From: Mustelus asterias
Taxonomy: Eukaryota
NCBI RefSeq assembly: GCF_964213995.1
Contig: NC_135830.1
Span: 14,818,001 to 14,882,000 of the forward strand
DNA length: 64,000 nucleotides
Reading direction: 5' to 3'
The notes beneath the pieces are model-generated. The model saw only the letters and a list, made by a program, of their open reading frames with translations. It did not search any database and was not told the DNA's origin. The first letter of the stretch is position 1; each line of letters begins with the position of its first letter. Shown here piece after piece: positions 13,709 through 26,782 of the stretch. The position numbers were made by a program, and so were the translations under genes.

Positions 13709-13980
13709 TTATTCCTTCACCTTCTGTCTCCATTTCCGGTGATAGGCTAACCACCAAAATTCATTAATAACCCACTGACGCCCACAGCTACCTCGATGAC
13801 AGCTCCTCAAATCTCGCCGCGTGTAAAGTATCCATCCTATTCTCCACGTTTCACCGCCAAATCTGTGCTGAAGATGCCACCTTCGAAAAGAGAGCATTGG
13901 AAATGTCTGTATTTTTCATCAACCGGGATTTCCCAGCACTGTTGTAAAACGGAGAACACAGCCGTGCCTAACCTACTTTC
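13709..13980 (+). mobile_element. Old Penelope-like RT fragment
   Basis: Degenerate frame FL.LSVSISGDRLTT...PTD.HSYLD.SSS, typical of the PLE RT C-terminus. Confidence 0.55.
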
Positions 13981-13999
13981 TGCACCTCTGCTCTCATCT

Positions 14000-14585
14000 C
14001 ATAGAGGTTTACAGCCGGAAAGATGCCCTTCAGCCCATTTTGTTCGCGCTGGACAGCAAGTTTCTATCTATTTTAATCCCATTTCCCCGCAATTGGCCCA
14101 TAGCCTTGTCTATTACGGCAATTCAAGTGCACATCTAAATACCTCTTTCATGTTGGGAGTGTTCCCGCCTCTACCACCCTTTCAGAAAGTGAGCTCCAGA
14201 TTCCCTCCACCCTCTGAGGGAAAAATAAATCCTCACGTCTGGAGTAAAACTCCTGTCTATTAACTTAAATCCATGCCCCCTGGTTAATGGCCCACCTACT
14301 AAGAGGAACAATTCTCCCTCTCCATTCTAATTGTGCCACTCATAAATTTGTACACCTCAATCAGCTCTTCCCTCAGCCTTCTCTGCTCCAAGGAAAACAA
14401 CCCCAGCTTATCCAGTCTCTCCTTATAGCTGAAACGTTCCAGTTCAGACAACATCCTGGTCAATCTCCTTTACAATCACATCCTTCCTACAGTTTGGCGA
14501 CTAGTACTGCACACATAACTCCAGCTGTGCCCTAACCAGAGTTTTGTACAGCTCCAGCAGAACCTCCCTGCCCTTATATTCATTC
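14000..14585 (-). mobile_element. Old CR1 3' fragment
   Basis: Plus-strand cttctctgctccaaggaaaacaaccccag and aacatcctggt are reverse complements of CR1 LGLFSLE and TRML coding. Confidence 0.65.
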
Positions 14586-15117
14586 TCCCCCCCTCTCTGC
14601 CAGAATGATAATAGGTTCCCACTTTTCACCCCACTCCAGACTGATGCATCCACAAGGAGAATAAGTTTAAAACAATGAGGGGAAATCTATGTGATGGATA
14701 CAAATGCTAAATGTGATTGAATCTCATGAGACAACAATCTGTTTCCTCCCAAAGAAGAATCTAGGGAACCTTCGCTGTGCCTATCCAACGCAACTACATC
14801 CTGTCTTAAATATGGAGGACCAAACGGCACCCAGCATTCCAGATGTTGTCTCACCAAAACCCTAAACGACTGCAGCAATAATTCAAAAAAGACAAGACTT
14901 AACAACGTGAACAAGACTGGAAGTACAGTGTGACTGTGGAGAATTGGCACTGTGCACATTCCAGCAATCAGTAACTGGGGGAATAATGGAAGATGAGATC
15001 CTGGAGGTTCTTCACACTATCATCTGCAAACTCTATATCTTTTCAAAACGGTTTGACTGTAGCCCTGTTCCTGTAATCCAGGTAAAGGTTGGGTTCACCC
15101 ATTGACTGTGACAAGGT

Positions 15118-16445
15118 ATGCAAGACATAACAGGCTACAAGATGAAGGTGTGTCAAATCGCCGGCTCCAACGCACCGCTCCCTGATGAGCTCAATGCATT
15201 CTCCACCCGTTTTGAGCAAGAGGTCAGCGAGAGTATGCCCTCCACCCTGGAAGCCCTGGATGAACCTGGATCTGGGGTCACCATTGCAGATGTCAGAGCA
15301 GCTTTATTGAAGCAGCCCACAGAAAGCAACTGGCCCGGATGGGGTACTCGAATGTGCACTCAGATCCTGCATGGATCAGCTGGCGGACGTATTCACATAC
15401 ATCATTAATCTCTCGTTAAAACAGTCTGAGGTCCCTATCTGCTTCAAGAAGGCGAAAATCATCCCGGGACCTAAGTAAAACCAAGCACCGTGCCTTAATG
15501 ACTGCCGGCCGGTGGCTCTGACATCCAAGATTATGAAGTGCTTCGAAAGGTTAGTCATGGCACGAGTCAATTCCAGCCTCCCGGACTACCTGGATCCACT
15601 ACAGTTTGCCTATTGCCGCAACAGGTCCATGGCAGACGCCATTTCCCTGACCCTGCACTCAACCCTGGAACCCTGAAAATTCCAGTCCATCACCTTAAAC
15701 CCTGGGCAGGGAATGTTTGCAATCCTAACAAAACGAAGGAGATTTCCATCGACGACAGGAAGCGTAGAAGAGAACATGCCCCTGTGCACATCAATGGGGA
15801 CACAGTAGAAAATGTCGAGAGCTTCAAGTGTTTAGGTGCCTCGGTCACCAACGACCTGTCCTGGTCCCACCGTGCTGACCCTATGGTTACGAAAGTCCAC
15901 CAACACCTCTACTTTCTCAGAAGACGAAGGAAATTTGGCTACGACTCTCACCAACTGTTATAGATGCACCATAGAAAGCATTATTTCTGGTTGTATCACA
16001 GCTTGGTATGTCTTCTGCTCTGCCAGAACTGCAAGGAACTACAAAAGGTCGTGAATGGAGCCAATCCATCACGCAAACCAGCCTCCCATCCATTGCCTCT
16101 GTCTACATTTACGGATGACTCGACAAAGCAGTCAGCAAAATTAAGGGCCACATGCACCCCAGACATTCTCTCTTCCACATTCTTCCGTTGGGAAATAAAG
16201 AGACAAAAGTCTGAGGTCACGTACCAACCGACTCAAGAACAGCGTCTTCTCTGCTGCTGTCAGACTTTTGAATGGACTTACGTTGCATTAAGTTGATCTT
16301 TCTCTACACCTAGCTATGCCTGTAACACTACATTCTGCACTCTCCCATATCCTTCTCTATGCACGGTAATGTTTGTCTGTATAGTGCGCAGGAAACAATA
16401 TTGTTCACTGTATGCTAATACATGTGACAATAATACATCAAATCA
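15118..16445 (+). mobile_element. Rex1/Babar-type LINE fragment (paralogue of the 3066-4750 part, internally deleted)
   Basis: LPDELNAF..RFEQEV, ESFKCLG and YRCTIESI motifs; shares the FKCLG variant and the 3' flank with the left copy. Confidence 0.85.
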
Positions 16446-17193
16446 AAAATCATTCAATGCTTCTCTCTACCTCTCTCTCTCTTTCACACGCACTTTCTCC
16501 CTATATCTGTTTATCCCCCTCAGCGTTTCTCTCTCTCTCTCTCTGCAGATTTATTTGTTTGTCTTTATTCATTTAATCGGAAAAAATCGTTCCACAGACA
16601 GAAATGTGATTTGTCATCATCATAAACAGCGAGATAAGAATACTTGATCACGCATTTCAACACCGATTAGGAGATACGAGACATTGGTGGCGGGGGCGCG
16701 GGGGGTGGGGGGGGGGTGGGGGGGGGGGCGGGCGAGGTTAGCGTGACGTCTTCCTTCTCGTCGGAGTCCAGCTACCCATTTTCTGGGAAGATGTGCCTCA
16801 CTCACATCTTCCTCGGTGTTTGGATTTCTAGGTAGCGATTGCAAATGAGAATGAATCTATGCTCCTATCTCCTAACAATATCGCTCGACCTCACGTTTTC
16901 ATTCACTCACACCTACAACATTTCATCTTAAATCAGGCTGCGACCGTATCGCAAAGTGTATCGGAGAGCTTGACATGCAGCATGCCCAGCAAGATTTCTG
17001 AAATGACCGAATAGTGATCACACTTCTGAAAATAAAAACAACCATTCATCTAATTGTATGGCAGGTGTACGGGTGCTCGGGGAGGTTGGAGGTGGATGCA
17101 TAAAATCATAGACTCAAAGAGTGCAGAAGGAGACCTTTGGCCCATCGAGTCCGCACTGACATGCGTGAAACCCTTGAACTGCCACTGCCATGG

Positions 17194-17541
17194 GGGCGGC
17201 ACGGTAGCACAGTGGTTAGCACTGCTGCTTCACAGCTCCAGGGAACTGGGTTCGATTCCCGGCTTGGGTCACTGTCTGTGTGGTGTATGCAAACTCTCCT
17301 CGTGTCTGCGTGGGTTTCCTCCGGGTGCTCCCGTTTCCTCTCACAGTCCAAAGATGTGCGGGTTAGGTTGATTGGCTATGCTAAAATTGCCCCTTCGTAT
17401 CCTGGGATGTGTAGATTAGAGGGATTAGCGGATAAAATATGGAGGGATATGGGGGTAGGGCTTGGGTGGGATTACGGTCGGTGCAGACTCGATGGGCCCA
17501 GTGGCCTCTTTCGGTACTGTACGGTTTCTATGATTTCTATG
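17194..17541 (+). mobile_element. Full-length HE1/V-SINE-type tRNA-derived SINE
   Basis: gggcggcacggtagcacagtggttagc A box, ggttcgattccc B box, V-domain gcgtgggtttcctccgggtgctcc, CR1-like tail ending (tttctatga)n. Confidence 0.9.
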
Positions 17542-17615
17542 ATAATACCATTTACCAGCGCTTGGCCCACAGCTTTGAATGTTATGAAGTGCCAGTGATC
17601 CAGGTACTTTCTAAT

Positions 17616-18935
17616 TGGAAGGGGCCTGAAAAAAAGGATAAATGAAAAGACTGTGTTTTCTGGAAATATGGGTAAATTTAATGAAAAAGACATTTGCCAT
17701 TGTTCTTTGTATTCTTGTGAGTTTCAATATCCTGTTGACTGGGCCAAATACCGTGACCAGATACAGTTAGTTTGAATGATGTAAGCTATGCCAATCCGTT
17801 TTCGAGAGAACTGCACTTTAAGCCAATCAGATTAGTTTGGGGGAGGGAAAAAGAAAAACGGCGGGAGGCAGAGGAAGCTGCAGTGGGAGACACACGGAGG
17901 GAAGAGGAGCTGTTTTCATGCGGTAAAAACCCAGTTTTAACATCGAGGCAAATAATATTTGCAGACAAACATACTTCACAGTATGGGCACAAATATTACC
18001 CTGCAGTTAAGGCTCGTGTTTGTCGCAGTTTAGTAACTCGTTTTTTCCAGTTTGAAGTGAAAGGCAGCAAGGTTTAGTCCTTTTTGTTATTTTCATTACT
18101 GTTGAGAAAAAGAGTAAAGTCTTGTACTCTCAAGCATGGGCGTTTCTGCTCGAAACTGCCGTTGAGGGACAGTCAGCTATAAACGCCGAGCGTAGTTTTC
18201 ACTGAGAAGACGGAGAGAACGAGGATTAGCTGAAGCTAACTTGCTAAGTAGCACTGTGGAGGAGGACAGACTTCAGCGCACTGGACCTGCGCCACTACAC
18301 GGACAGCTTGCTGCATTTTTGTTCCTGCTGCATCATCTTCCCGCTTGCAGACCCTTCTGGACTGTGTGTGTCATGGTTGCGTGAGTCACTGGAGACGATA
18401 CAATCAGACACTGAACGGAATCAGCAGTGTGTTGTTGAGGGCGTGTTTTCTTCATATGTGCACCAACGTATGGGCCCCAGCGTTTATAAATCCAAGCGCT
18501 TGGTAATATTTTGAACATTTCTCAGATTTGAAACTGTTTAATTGAAAAATCTTTAGTTCAGGACTCTTTACCTGTTTTATGAGACGCAACAACGCAAGAT
18601 AATAAATTTATTTTTGTTATTCCTTTTGCATGGTTGTCCTGAACCTTTTCTTATTATAAGGTTTACATACTTACCACTTTCGGAGGCACCACGCCATTAT
18701 TAATAGGTTATTATTCTAGATTGCAACTGAATACACTAATAATTTTCATTCACGCCTGTACTGACATTTATTGGTAAATAGGAAGTTTAGCCTAGCTCAA
18801 CACCAACCGCTAAGAACTCAGGATCCTGTTAATTGAACATTTACATAGTAGCCCCTTATAACATCAAGCACATCCCAGGTACAGCTTTACTTAACTCAGC
18901 TGGTCAGAGCATATAGTTTTCAGCAGGGGGTTAGA
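17616..18935 (+). repeat. 5' LTR (about 1.32 kb)
   Basis: Begins tggaagggg and ends cagcagggggttaga, homologous to the 3' LTR ends tgtaagggg and cagcagggggttaca. Confidence 0.8.
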
Positions 18936-18939
18936 TTTT

Positions 18940-18957
18940 TCGAGGCACCGCTGAGAT
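18940..18957 (+). promoter_or_regulatory. Primer-binding site complementary to the tRNA-Thr(AGT) 3' end
   Basis: tcgaggcaccgctgagat versus expected TGGAGGCACCGCTGGGAT (16/18), immediately after the 5' LTR. Confidence 0.7.
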
Positions 18958-19077
18958 ATTTCCTGTTTACCAGACAAGTCAAATATTTTTTTTCTTCTTT
19001 TCGTCAGTACGTAACAGTTAACTCAATAATTACAACAGCAAAATTTTTTTTTCAGTGTTAGTAGCTCACTTAAGACA

Positions 19078-20445
19078 ATGGATTTTTCTCAGGCTGCTGA
19101 TTGGAGCCACCAAAAGAATATCAGTCTTTCTCCTGGCGTATTACTGAGCAATGTGTCAATAGATAATCGTGAGGAGACCATTGCGAGGGTCTTAAACACC
19201 GTGAAAGTCTTTGGTCGCACCAAGGTTTGTGGTTGCCGTGGGGATTCTACTGGCACACAGTTGTTCATACTAGTGGAGACTAGCATTGATTTAACCCCTG
19301 ACACTGTACCTCCGATTTAGGTATTGAAGGAGAAGCTTTGAAAGCCTTGTCACACAGGATGCTGTTCCTGAAGGGGACGCTTTCCATACAAAGCTGTTGT
19401 TATTACTACAACAGGAAGGCAAGTCAATGGAGGATTTTCAGGCCATAGTATCAGACAATCAAGCTCCCAAAGTGGATGTCAACATGGATTCAGTGACTAC
19501 TATTGGCAAACTAGTGGACAAGTGCAACCAAGTGTCTACCGATGGGCCTAGCTACAGAAATCTGAGACTGTTTTCAGGGCTGAAACCTGGACCCCCAGTT
19601 CCGAAATAATATGATGCCTGGATGGAGCAGGCTACCCAGATGATCAGTGAGTGGCAATGCACTGACGCCGCCAAGAGACAGCGTATAGTGGAGAGTTTAA
19701 AAGGGCCTGCTGCTGACATCGTTCAATTTTTGAAAGTTAGCATTCCCACTGCTACAGCCACCGATTATTTATCTGCTCTGGACACAACTTATGGCACCAC
19801 AGAGAGTGGAGCCGACATCTTGGCCAAGGTCAGACACACATACCAAAATGAAGGAGAAAAACTCTCTGCTTTTCCATATCGCCTTGACAAACATCTCCAT
19901 AGTGCTCTTCTTACGGGAAGAATTACGGCTGCAGACATGAATCGAGCTCGGATGGAACAGCTAGTTAAGGGTGCACTCACTCGAGACATGGTTGCTCTGC
20001 GTGTGAGGATGAGCCACACCCTGGAGAAACCCCCTTCCTTCTCCCAGCTGATGCGGGAGGTAAGAGAGGAAGAAAATTTGCTTAGCGCCAGAGAAAGGGT
20101 GAAAACTACTGCTCAGTGACGTCTGAGTTGAACAGCCTACGAAATGAGGTAAGGGAACTGACTCCTCAGGTGGCTAGACTGCTGAGCGCCGTTCCAGTTA
20201 TCCCTACATCTGAAAGTACGACAGCAAGGACTGGGTCTGTACAGCAAGCGCCAGAAGCTACTATTCGGGACGTGTCGCCCCGAGTGAAAATTTTCAAACC
20301 ACTGCCGGCAGGAATCTTTTGCTACAGGTGTGGGCAAGATGGGCATACAAGGAGAGAGTGAAAAGAACCCGAGGATTTGAGGAAAGTGAATCAGAAGCTG
20401 ATCAAAGCAAGCAGACAGCAGGGAAACTTCCCAGGAGCCAGGTGA
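19078..20445 (+). pseudogene. Gypsy gag (PNMA-like capsid and CCHC knuckle), disrupted
   Basis: YRNLRLFSG, WMEQATQMISEWQC...KRQRIVESLKGPAADIV and FCYRCGQDGH; contains stops and frameshifts. Confidence 0.85.
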
Positions 20446-20559
20446 AGGAACAGTGCTTGGTTCTGTGTGAAATATTTTCCACCCAATGTCCACCCCCAGC
20501 AAAGCAAGGCTCAAAACAGTTACCTGCAGGATGAGTGGGGCCCATCTCTGATGTACCTG

Positions 20560-23027
20560 TGGAAAAATAGAAGGAGTTTGTGCAAGAGCTTTGCTTGACA
20601 GTGGCTCCCAAGTAACCATTTTGTACCGCAACTTCTGTGACACCTACCTGAAACACGTACCTCTCCAGCCACGTGAAGACCTGGAAATATGGGGTTTAAG
20701 CTCTCACCAATACCCATATGATGGCGATCTGTCCATACAACTCGAGTTCACTGCTGCTGTAACCGGAATGCCGCAGGCAGTTGACACTTTGGCCTTACTG
20801 TGTCCTGACCCTGTGAAAGATGACAACATTGCCATGCTGGTGGGGACAAATACCCGGCTGGTGAGACAGTTGGTGGAGTACTGTAAAGAACAGGCAGGAG
20901 AACGCTTCTTGGGTACTTTGACCATACACCCCTTCCTCCGAGAAGCTTATAAGACACTCACCCAGTCTGAAACCACAGAAAGGGTAGACAAGCATGGTAC
21001 TGTGTGGTTTACCCAGCACAAGCCAATCACCTTGCAACCAGGACAAGTGTTTAAAGTCACTGGCCTCCCAAAGTTTCCTGGTGATTTCACAGACCAGCTA
21101 GCACTGATAGATCAGCCTAATGACACTTTTTCCCCTGAAGAGTTGTGGGTGAGGCCTGAGGATCATCCTGCATCAGTCGTTTCCAGCAGACGCATTACTG
21201 TGACTGTGAAGAACCTGTCATCCAGAGAAATCTCCTCGAAACGTGGGACTCCACTAGCCCACATTTTTCCAGTAGCCCCTGTTCCTCTGCCGAGGGCACC
21301 GTGTGCAGATGAAGCTGCAATCGAACTGAACCCTTCATCTTTTGATGTCGGAGCCTCTCCTATGCGAGAGGAGGCAAAAAGGCGTCTCTGTGAGAAAATG
21401 ATGGAGAGGAAGGAGGTCTTCTCGCAGCACGAGTGGGATGTAGGTTGTCCTAAAAGCACCAAACATGAAATAAGACTGAAGGATGCAAGGCCCTTCTGAG
21501 AGAGGTCACGTCGCTTGTCGCCTGCTGACTTTGAGGATGTGCGCCAGCACCTACAGGAACTACAAAGCCATGGCATCATCTCTGAATCGCGTAGTCCCTA
21601 CGCATCGCCAATAGTAGTCGTACGCAAGAAATCAGGAAAGGTACGAATGTGCGTGGACTACCGAACCCTTAACCTTCGAACAATACCGGACCAGTACACT
21701 CTCCCAAGGATAGAAGACGCTCTTCACTGCTTGTCTGGGAGTAAATGGTTCACAGTCCTCGACCTGAGGAGCGAGGTACTATCAAATACCCATGAGTGAG
21801 GCTGACAAGGAGAAGATCGCATTTATCTGCCCGTTGGGCTGTTATCAGTTCAAACGCAAGCCTCAGGGAATTTCAGGAGCACCGGCCACTTTTCAGAGAG
21901 TCATGGGACGTACTGTCGGCGACATGAACTTTCTGGAGGTGTTGGTGTACCTGGATGACCTCATTGTGTTTGGACGAACCCTCGATGAACAGGAGGAGCG
22001 GTTGCTCAAAGTCCTCGAGCAGCTCCAAGAAGAAGGTTTGAAGCTGTCGATTGACAAGTGCCAGTTTGGCAGGACTTCTGTCACCTACATCGGACATGTA
22101 GTGTCGCAGGATGGAATAGCGACGGACCCATCCAAGATAGAGGCTGTTGTCTCTTGGCCGAGAACCCAAACTGTGACAGAGCTCAGATCCTTCCTTGGAT
22201 ATTGTGGCTACTACCGCTGCTTTGTTAGGGACTTCTCCAAACTCTGCCGTCCCTTCAACGGACTACTTCAAGGATATCCTCCCCGCTCCCGCTCCAAGGG
22301 GAGTCAGACTGCAAACTCACCTGACAAGACTTACTTCAAGCCTTCTGAACCCTTTGGCTCTCGGTGGAGTGAGAAATGCGAACATGCTTTCCAAGGACTC
22401 AAGACCTGGCTCACCAAAGCCCCTGTATTGGTGTTCGCAGATCCACAGAAGCCTTACGTTCTGCACGTGGATGCTAGCCTGGATGGACGAGGTGGTGTCT
22501 CATACGAAGAGCAGGATGATTGTCTACGCCCAGTTGAATTCATCACCAGAAGTCGCTCGCCATCTGAGAAAAACTTTCCAGCGCACAAACTGGAGGTTTT
22601 AGCTCTCAAGTGGGCTATTGTGGATAAACTACATGACTATCTTTACGGAGTTACCATACAAGTCAGAACGGACAACAATCCCCTGACATACGTCACAACG
22701 TCAGCTAAACTGGATGCCACTGGTCATCGCTGGCTCTCAGCACTGTCCACCTACTATTTTAGTCTTAAGTATAGACCAGGCCGGCAAAACCCTGACGCAG
22801 ACTCGTTGTCTCGACGTCCACATGACCGCATGACCCCAGATGATGAATGGCAAGAAATCCCAGTTCTAGGAGTGCGGGCTCTCTGTCAGATGGTGTTGAA
22901 TAGCACACGAGCAGGACACTCCTATCCATGTGTGATAGAACACATAGGAGCTCATGTGTCTGCAGTTCCCAAAGCTTTCTGTCATACTGCTGCAGTAATA
23001 GCTGATCAGCTGCCCACTTTCAGTCCA
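20560..23027 (+). pseudogene. Gypsy pol: protease, RT and RNase H, disrupted
   Basis: LLDSGSQVT, SPYASPIVVVRKK..RMCVDYRTLN, VYLDDLIVF, LHVDAS, TDNNPL and DADSLSR. Confidence 0.92.
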
Positions 23028-24747
23028 TAAGAAGTTTAACAACACCAGGTTAAAGTCCAACAGGTTTATTTGGTAGCAAAAGCCATACAAGCATTCGGAG
23101 CTCCAAGCCCCTTCTTCAGGTGAGTGGGAATTATGTTCGCAAACAGGGCATATAAAGACACAGACTCAATTTACATGAATAATGGTTGGAATGCAAATAC
23201 TTACAGCTAATCAAGTCTTTAAGGTACAAACAACGTGAGTGGAGAGAGCATCAAGACAGGCTAAAAATATGTGTATTGTCTCCAGACAAGACAGCCAGTG
23301 AAACTCTGCAGGTGCAGGCAAGCTGTGGGGGTATATCCCGGTTGAGGCCGTCCTCGTGTGTGCGGAGCTTGGCTATCAGTTTCTGCTCAGCGACTCTGCG
23401 CCGTCGTGTGTCGTGAAGGCCGCCTTGGAGAACGCTTACCCGAATATCAGAGGCCGAATGCCCGTGACCGCTGAAGTGCTCCCCAACAGGAAGAGAACAG
23501 TCTTGTCTGGTGATTGTCGAGCGGTGTTCATTCATCCGTTGTCGCAGCGTCTGCATAGTTTCCCCAATGTACCATGCCTCGGGACATCCTTTCCTGCAGC
23601 GTATCAGGGAGACAACGTTGGCCGAGTTGCAAGAGTATGTACCGTGTACCTGGTGGATGGTGTTCTCAAGTGAGATGATGGCATCTGTGTCAATGATCCG
23701 GCACGTCTTGCAGAGGTTGCTGTGGCAGGGTTGTGTGGTGTCGTGGTCACTGTTCTCCTGAAGGCTGGGTAGTTTGCTGCGGGACAATGGTCTGTTTGAG
23801 GTTGTGCGGTTGTTTGAAGGCAAGAAGTGGGGGTGTGGGGATGGCCTTGGCGAGATGTTTGTCTTCATCAATGACATGTTGAAGGCTCCGGAGGAGATGC
23901 CGTAGCTTCTCCGCTCCGGGGAAGTACTGGACGATGAAGGGTACTCTGTCCACTGTGTCCCGTGTTTGTCTTCTGAGGAGGTCGGAGCGGTTTTTCGCTG
24001 TGGCGCGTTAGAACTGTTGATCAATGAGTCGAGCGCTATATCCTGTTCTTATCAGGGCATCGTTCAGCGTCTGGAGGTGTCTGTTGCGATCCTCCTCATC
24101 CGAGTAGATCCTGTGTATACGGAGGGCTTGTCAGTCGGGGATGGCTTCTTTAACGTGTTTAGGGTGGAAGCTGGAGAAGTGGAGCACCGTGAGGTTATCC
24201 GTGGGCTTGCGGTACAGTGAGGTGCTGAGGTGACCGTCCTTAATGGAGATGCGTGTGTCCAAGAATGCAACCGATCGCCTCTCCAAGGCGGCCTTCACGA
24301 CACACGACAGCGCAGAGTCGCTGAGCAGAAACTGATAGCCAAGTTCCGCACACACGAGGACGGCCTCAACCGGGATATTGGGTTCAAGTCACACTATTTG
24401 TAACCCCCATAGCTTGCCTGCACCTGCAGAGTTGCACTGGCTGCCTTGTCTGGAGACAATACACATCTTATTAGCCTGTCTTGATGCTCTCTCCACGCAC
24501 GTTGTTTGGATCTTAAAGACTTGATTAGCTGTAAGTATTCACATTCCAACCATTATTCATGTAAATTGAGTCTGTGTCTTTATATGCCCTGTTTGTGAAC
24601 AGAATTCCCACTCACCTGAAGAAGGGGATTGGAGCTCCGAAAGCTTGTGTGGCTTTTGCTACCAAATAAACCTGTTGGACTTTAACCTGGTGTTGTTAAA
24701 CTTCTTACTGTGTTTACCCCAGTCCAACGCCGGCATCTCCACATCAT
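23028..24747 (-). mobile_element. Penelope-like element insertion (RT end and GIY-YIG) with inverted pseudo-LTR and 13 bp TSD
   Basis: NVVSLIRC..CPEAWYIGET.QTLRQRMNEHR...GLN GIY-YIG domain; cactttcagtcca repeated at 23015-23027 and 24748-24760; 24277-24709 is an inverted copy of about 23028-23430. Confidence 0.92.
24613..24649 (+). ncRNA. Minimal type I hammerhead ribozyme motif in the PLE terminus
   Basis: cac CTGAAGA a gggg attggag ctcc GAAA gctt gtg: catalytic core boxes, helix II, palindromic AAGCTT helix III and short helix I. Confidence 0.65.
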
Positions 24748-24760
24748 CACTTTCAGTCCA

Positions 24761-26700
24761 GCAGAGCTTCAAGCTGCTCAGAAAAGTGACCCGTGTATAG
24801 GAGAAGTATGGCTAGCTATCATTCAGAAGGCACCGGCAAGTCAAATACAGACAAGCCATCCTGATCTTACACTTCAGAAACGAGAGTGGGAGAAGCTGTA
24901 CATCGAGCAGGGTCTGCTTTACAGAATAGTCAAACAGTCTGTCCAACGCTTACAGCGACAGCTTGTGCTCCCCAAGCAGTTCCACAGCATTGTTCTGAAG
25001 TCACTGCATGACAACAATGGACATCTGGGATTTGACAAGACATAGGCACTCGTCTGTGACAGATTCTTCTGGCCCAGCATGAAGTTAGACGTAGATGCAT
25101 ACTGCAAGACATGTGAACTCTGTATTAAGAGAAAGACTCTGCCACAGAGAGCAGCACCACTTTCCCACATCCAAAGTTCAGGCCCGATGTATCTTGTATG
25201 CATTGACTTTCTCTCCATAGAACCTGATTCCCGCAACGTATGTAATGTGTTGGTAGTCACTGACCACTTCACTCAGTATGCACAAGCATTCCGAACCAAG
25301 GATATGAGAGCCATAACGGTTGCCAGAACTCTATGGGAGAAACACTTCATTCACTACGGCCTACCAATTCGCATACATTCAGACCAGGGTCGGGATTTTG
25401 AAAGCGAGTTGGTGAAGGAGATGTTGACCATGTTGGATGTGAGGAAATCAAGAACTTCACCATACCACCCACAAGGTGACCCTCAACCAGAGAGGTTCAA
25501 TAGAACCCTGTTGAACATGTTAGGAACTCTTGAGCCCAGTCAAAAGTCTAAATGGAGTCAGCACATTGCACATCTGGTCCACGCGTACAACTGCACCCCA
25601 AATGAAGCTACCGGGTATTCACCTCATTTTTAATGTTCGGGAGGGAAGCCAGACTTCCTGTGGACGTTTGCTTTGGCATGTCAGCGGATGGGACCTCAAC
25701 ACCTTCCCACTTGCAGAATGTGTCTAAGATGAAGAAAGAGCTGTAAGCAGCCTATCAGTTGGCCCAAGCCACTTCCGCTAAAATGAACCAAAGTAACAAG
25801 GAGAGGTATGACCAGAGAATGCGCTACCATTGCTTGAAGCCTGAGGATAGAGTCCTCATTCGAAACCTTGGCCTGAAAGGGAAACAGAAGCTTGCTGATC
25901 GGTGGAGTGCAAATCCTTATGTGGTTGAGAGTCAAATGTCTGATCTTACTGTTTATCGTCTAAAGTCTGCAGATGGTTCGGGACCCATTAAGGTCATGCA
26001 CCGAAATCATATTTTGCCCCTGGGACAAGAGGTTCAATTGAGCACTGAGGTTGACTCAAAGCCTACTCCCTCTCCAAGAGTCCTCAGGCGCAGAAAAGCA
26101 AAAGAAAGGAATCAAACTCCTGAGGTTCACAAAGATGACTCCGCAGCTGATGTGCCCCTGGGAGATCAAAACTCTTCAGACTCAGAGTATGGACATTATC
26201 CAGAGCACTTGATCATTGACAATCCGGAGGGAATCTGTGAACAACCGGAACAGGATGTCATGCCTATAGAGTCCAATCCCCCCACAAATGCTACAGAAGT
26301 GACAGAAGTCGCAGCGAGCTCAGAATCTTCAGAAGGGCTACCTGTTGTGATAGAAGAGGTAGTAACTGAGCAAAGGGAAGTAGAATCAGACCGTTCTGTT
26401 GAGGGTACTTACACTACAGACACATCTAACATAGCCAATCCAGAATCAGAGATAAGGAGATCACAGAGAGAGAGAAAGCCAGCAGACCGTTTCCATTATA
26501 CAAAGCTGGGAGAGCCGTGTGCAAAGTCTGTAGCAGTAGGACATACAAGTGTTCACTCAGCTACGCCACCCACTATGCATTTTCCTGAACACTGCAATAG
26601 TTGTCATACATGGTGGTGTAACTCCTTTGCTCAGTGCTCGTCATGTATAAACGAGGTACCAGTCTTTTCACCCACTATTATACAAGTCATCACACTATAA
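24761..26700 (+). pseudogene. Gypsy integrase (HHCC and DDE) with C-terminal region
   Basis: LHDNNGHLG, CKTCELC, VCIDF, HSDQGRDFES, ERFNRTL and W..PYVV. Confidence 0.9.
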
Positions 26701-26782
26701 GGTACATGGTGCAATTGGTTAACTGGGTCCTATGTCACGTACTTCAGCATGGGGGCATGCTGTATTTTTGGTGGGGGGAGAA

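Larger units (their letters stand above)
15118..17612. repeat. Right arm of the inverted segmental duplication
   Basis: Reverse complement of about 2236-4750, with an extra SINE at 17194-17541. Confidence 0.9.

Noticed and set aside
17194-17270. tRNA genes at SINE heads (also at 33892, 46032 and 58362)
   Set aside because: The A and B boxes belong to tRNA-derived SINEs and do not form a full cloverleaf.
19078-20445. Domesticated PNMA-family host gene
   Set aside because: It is disrupted and sits in a complete LTR-gag-pol-LTR context.
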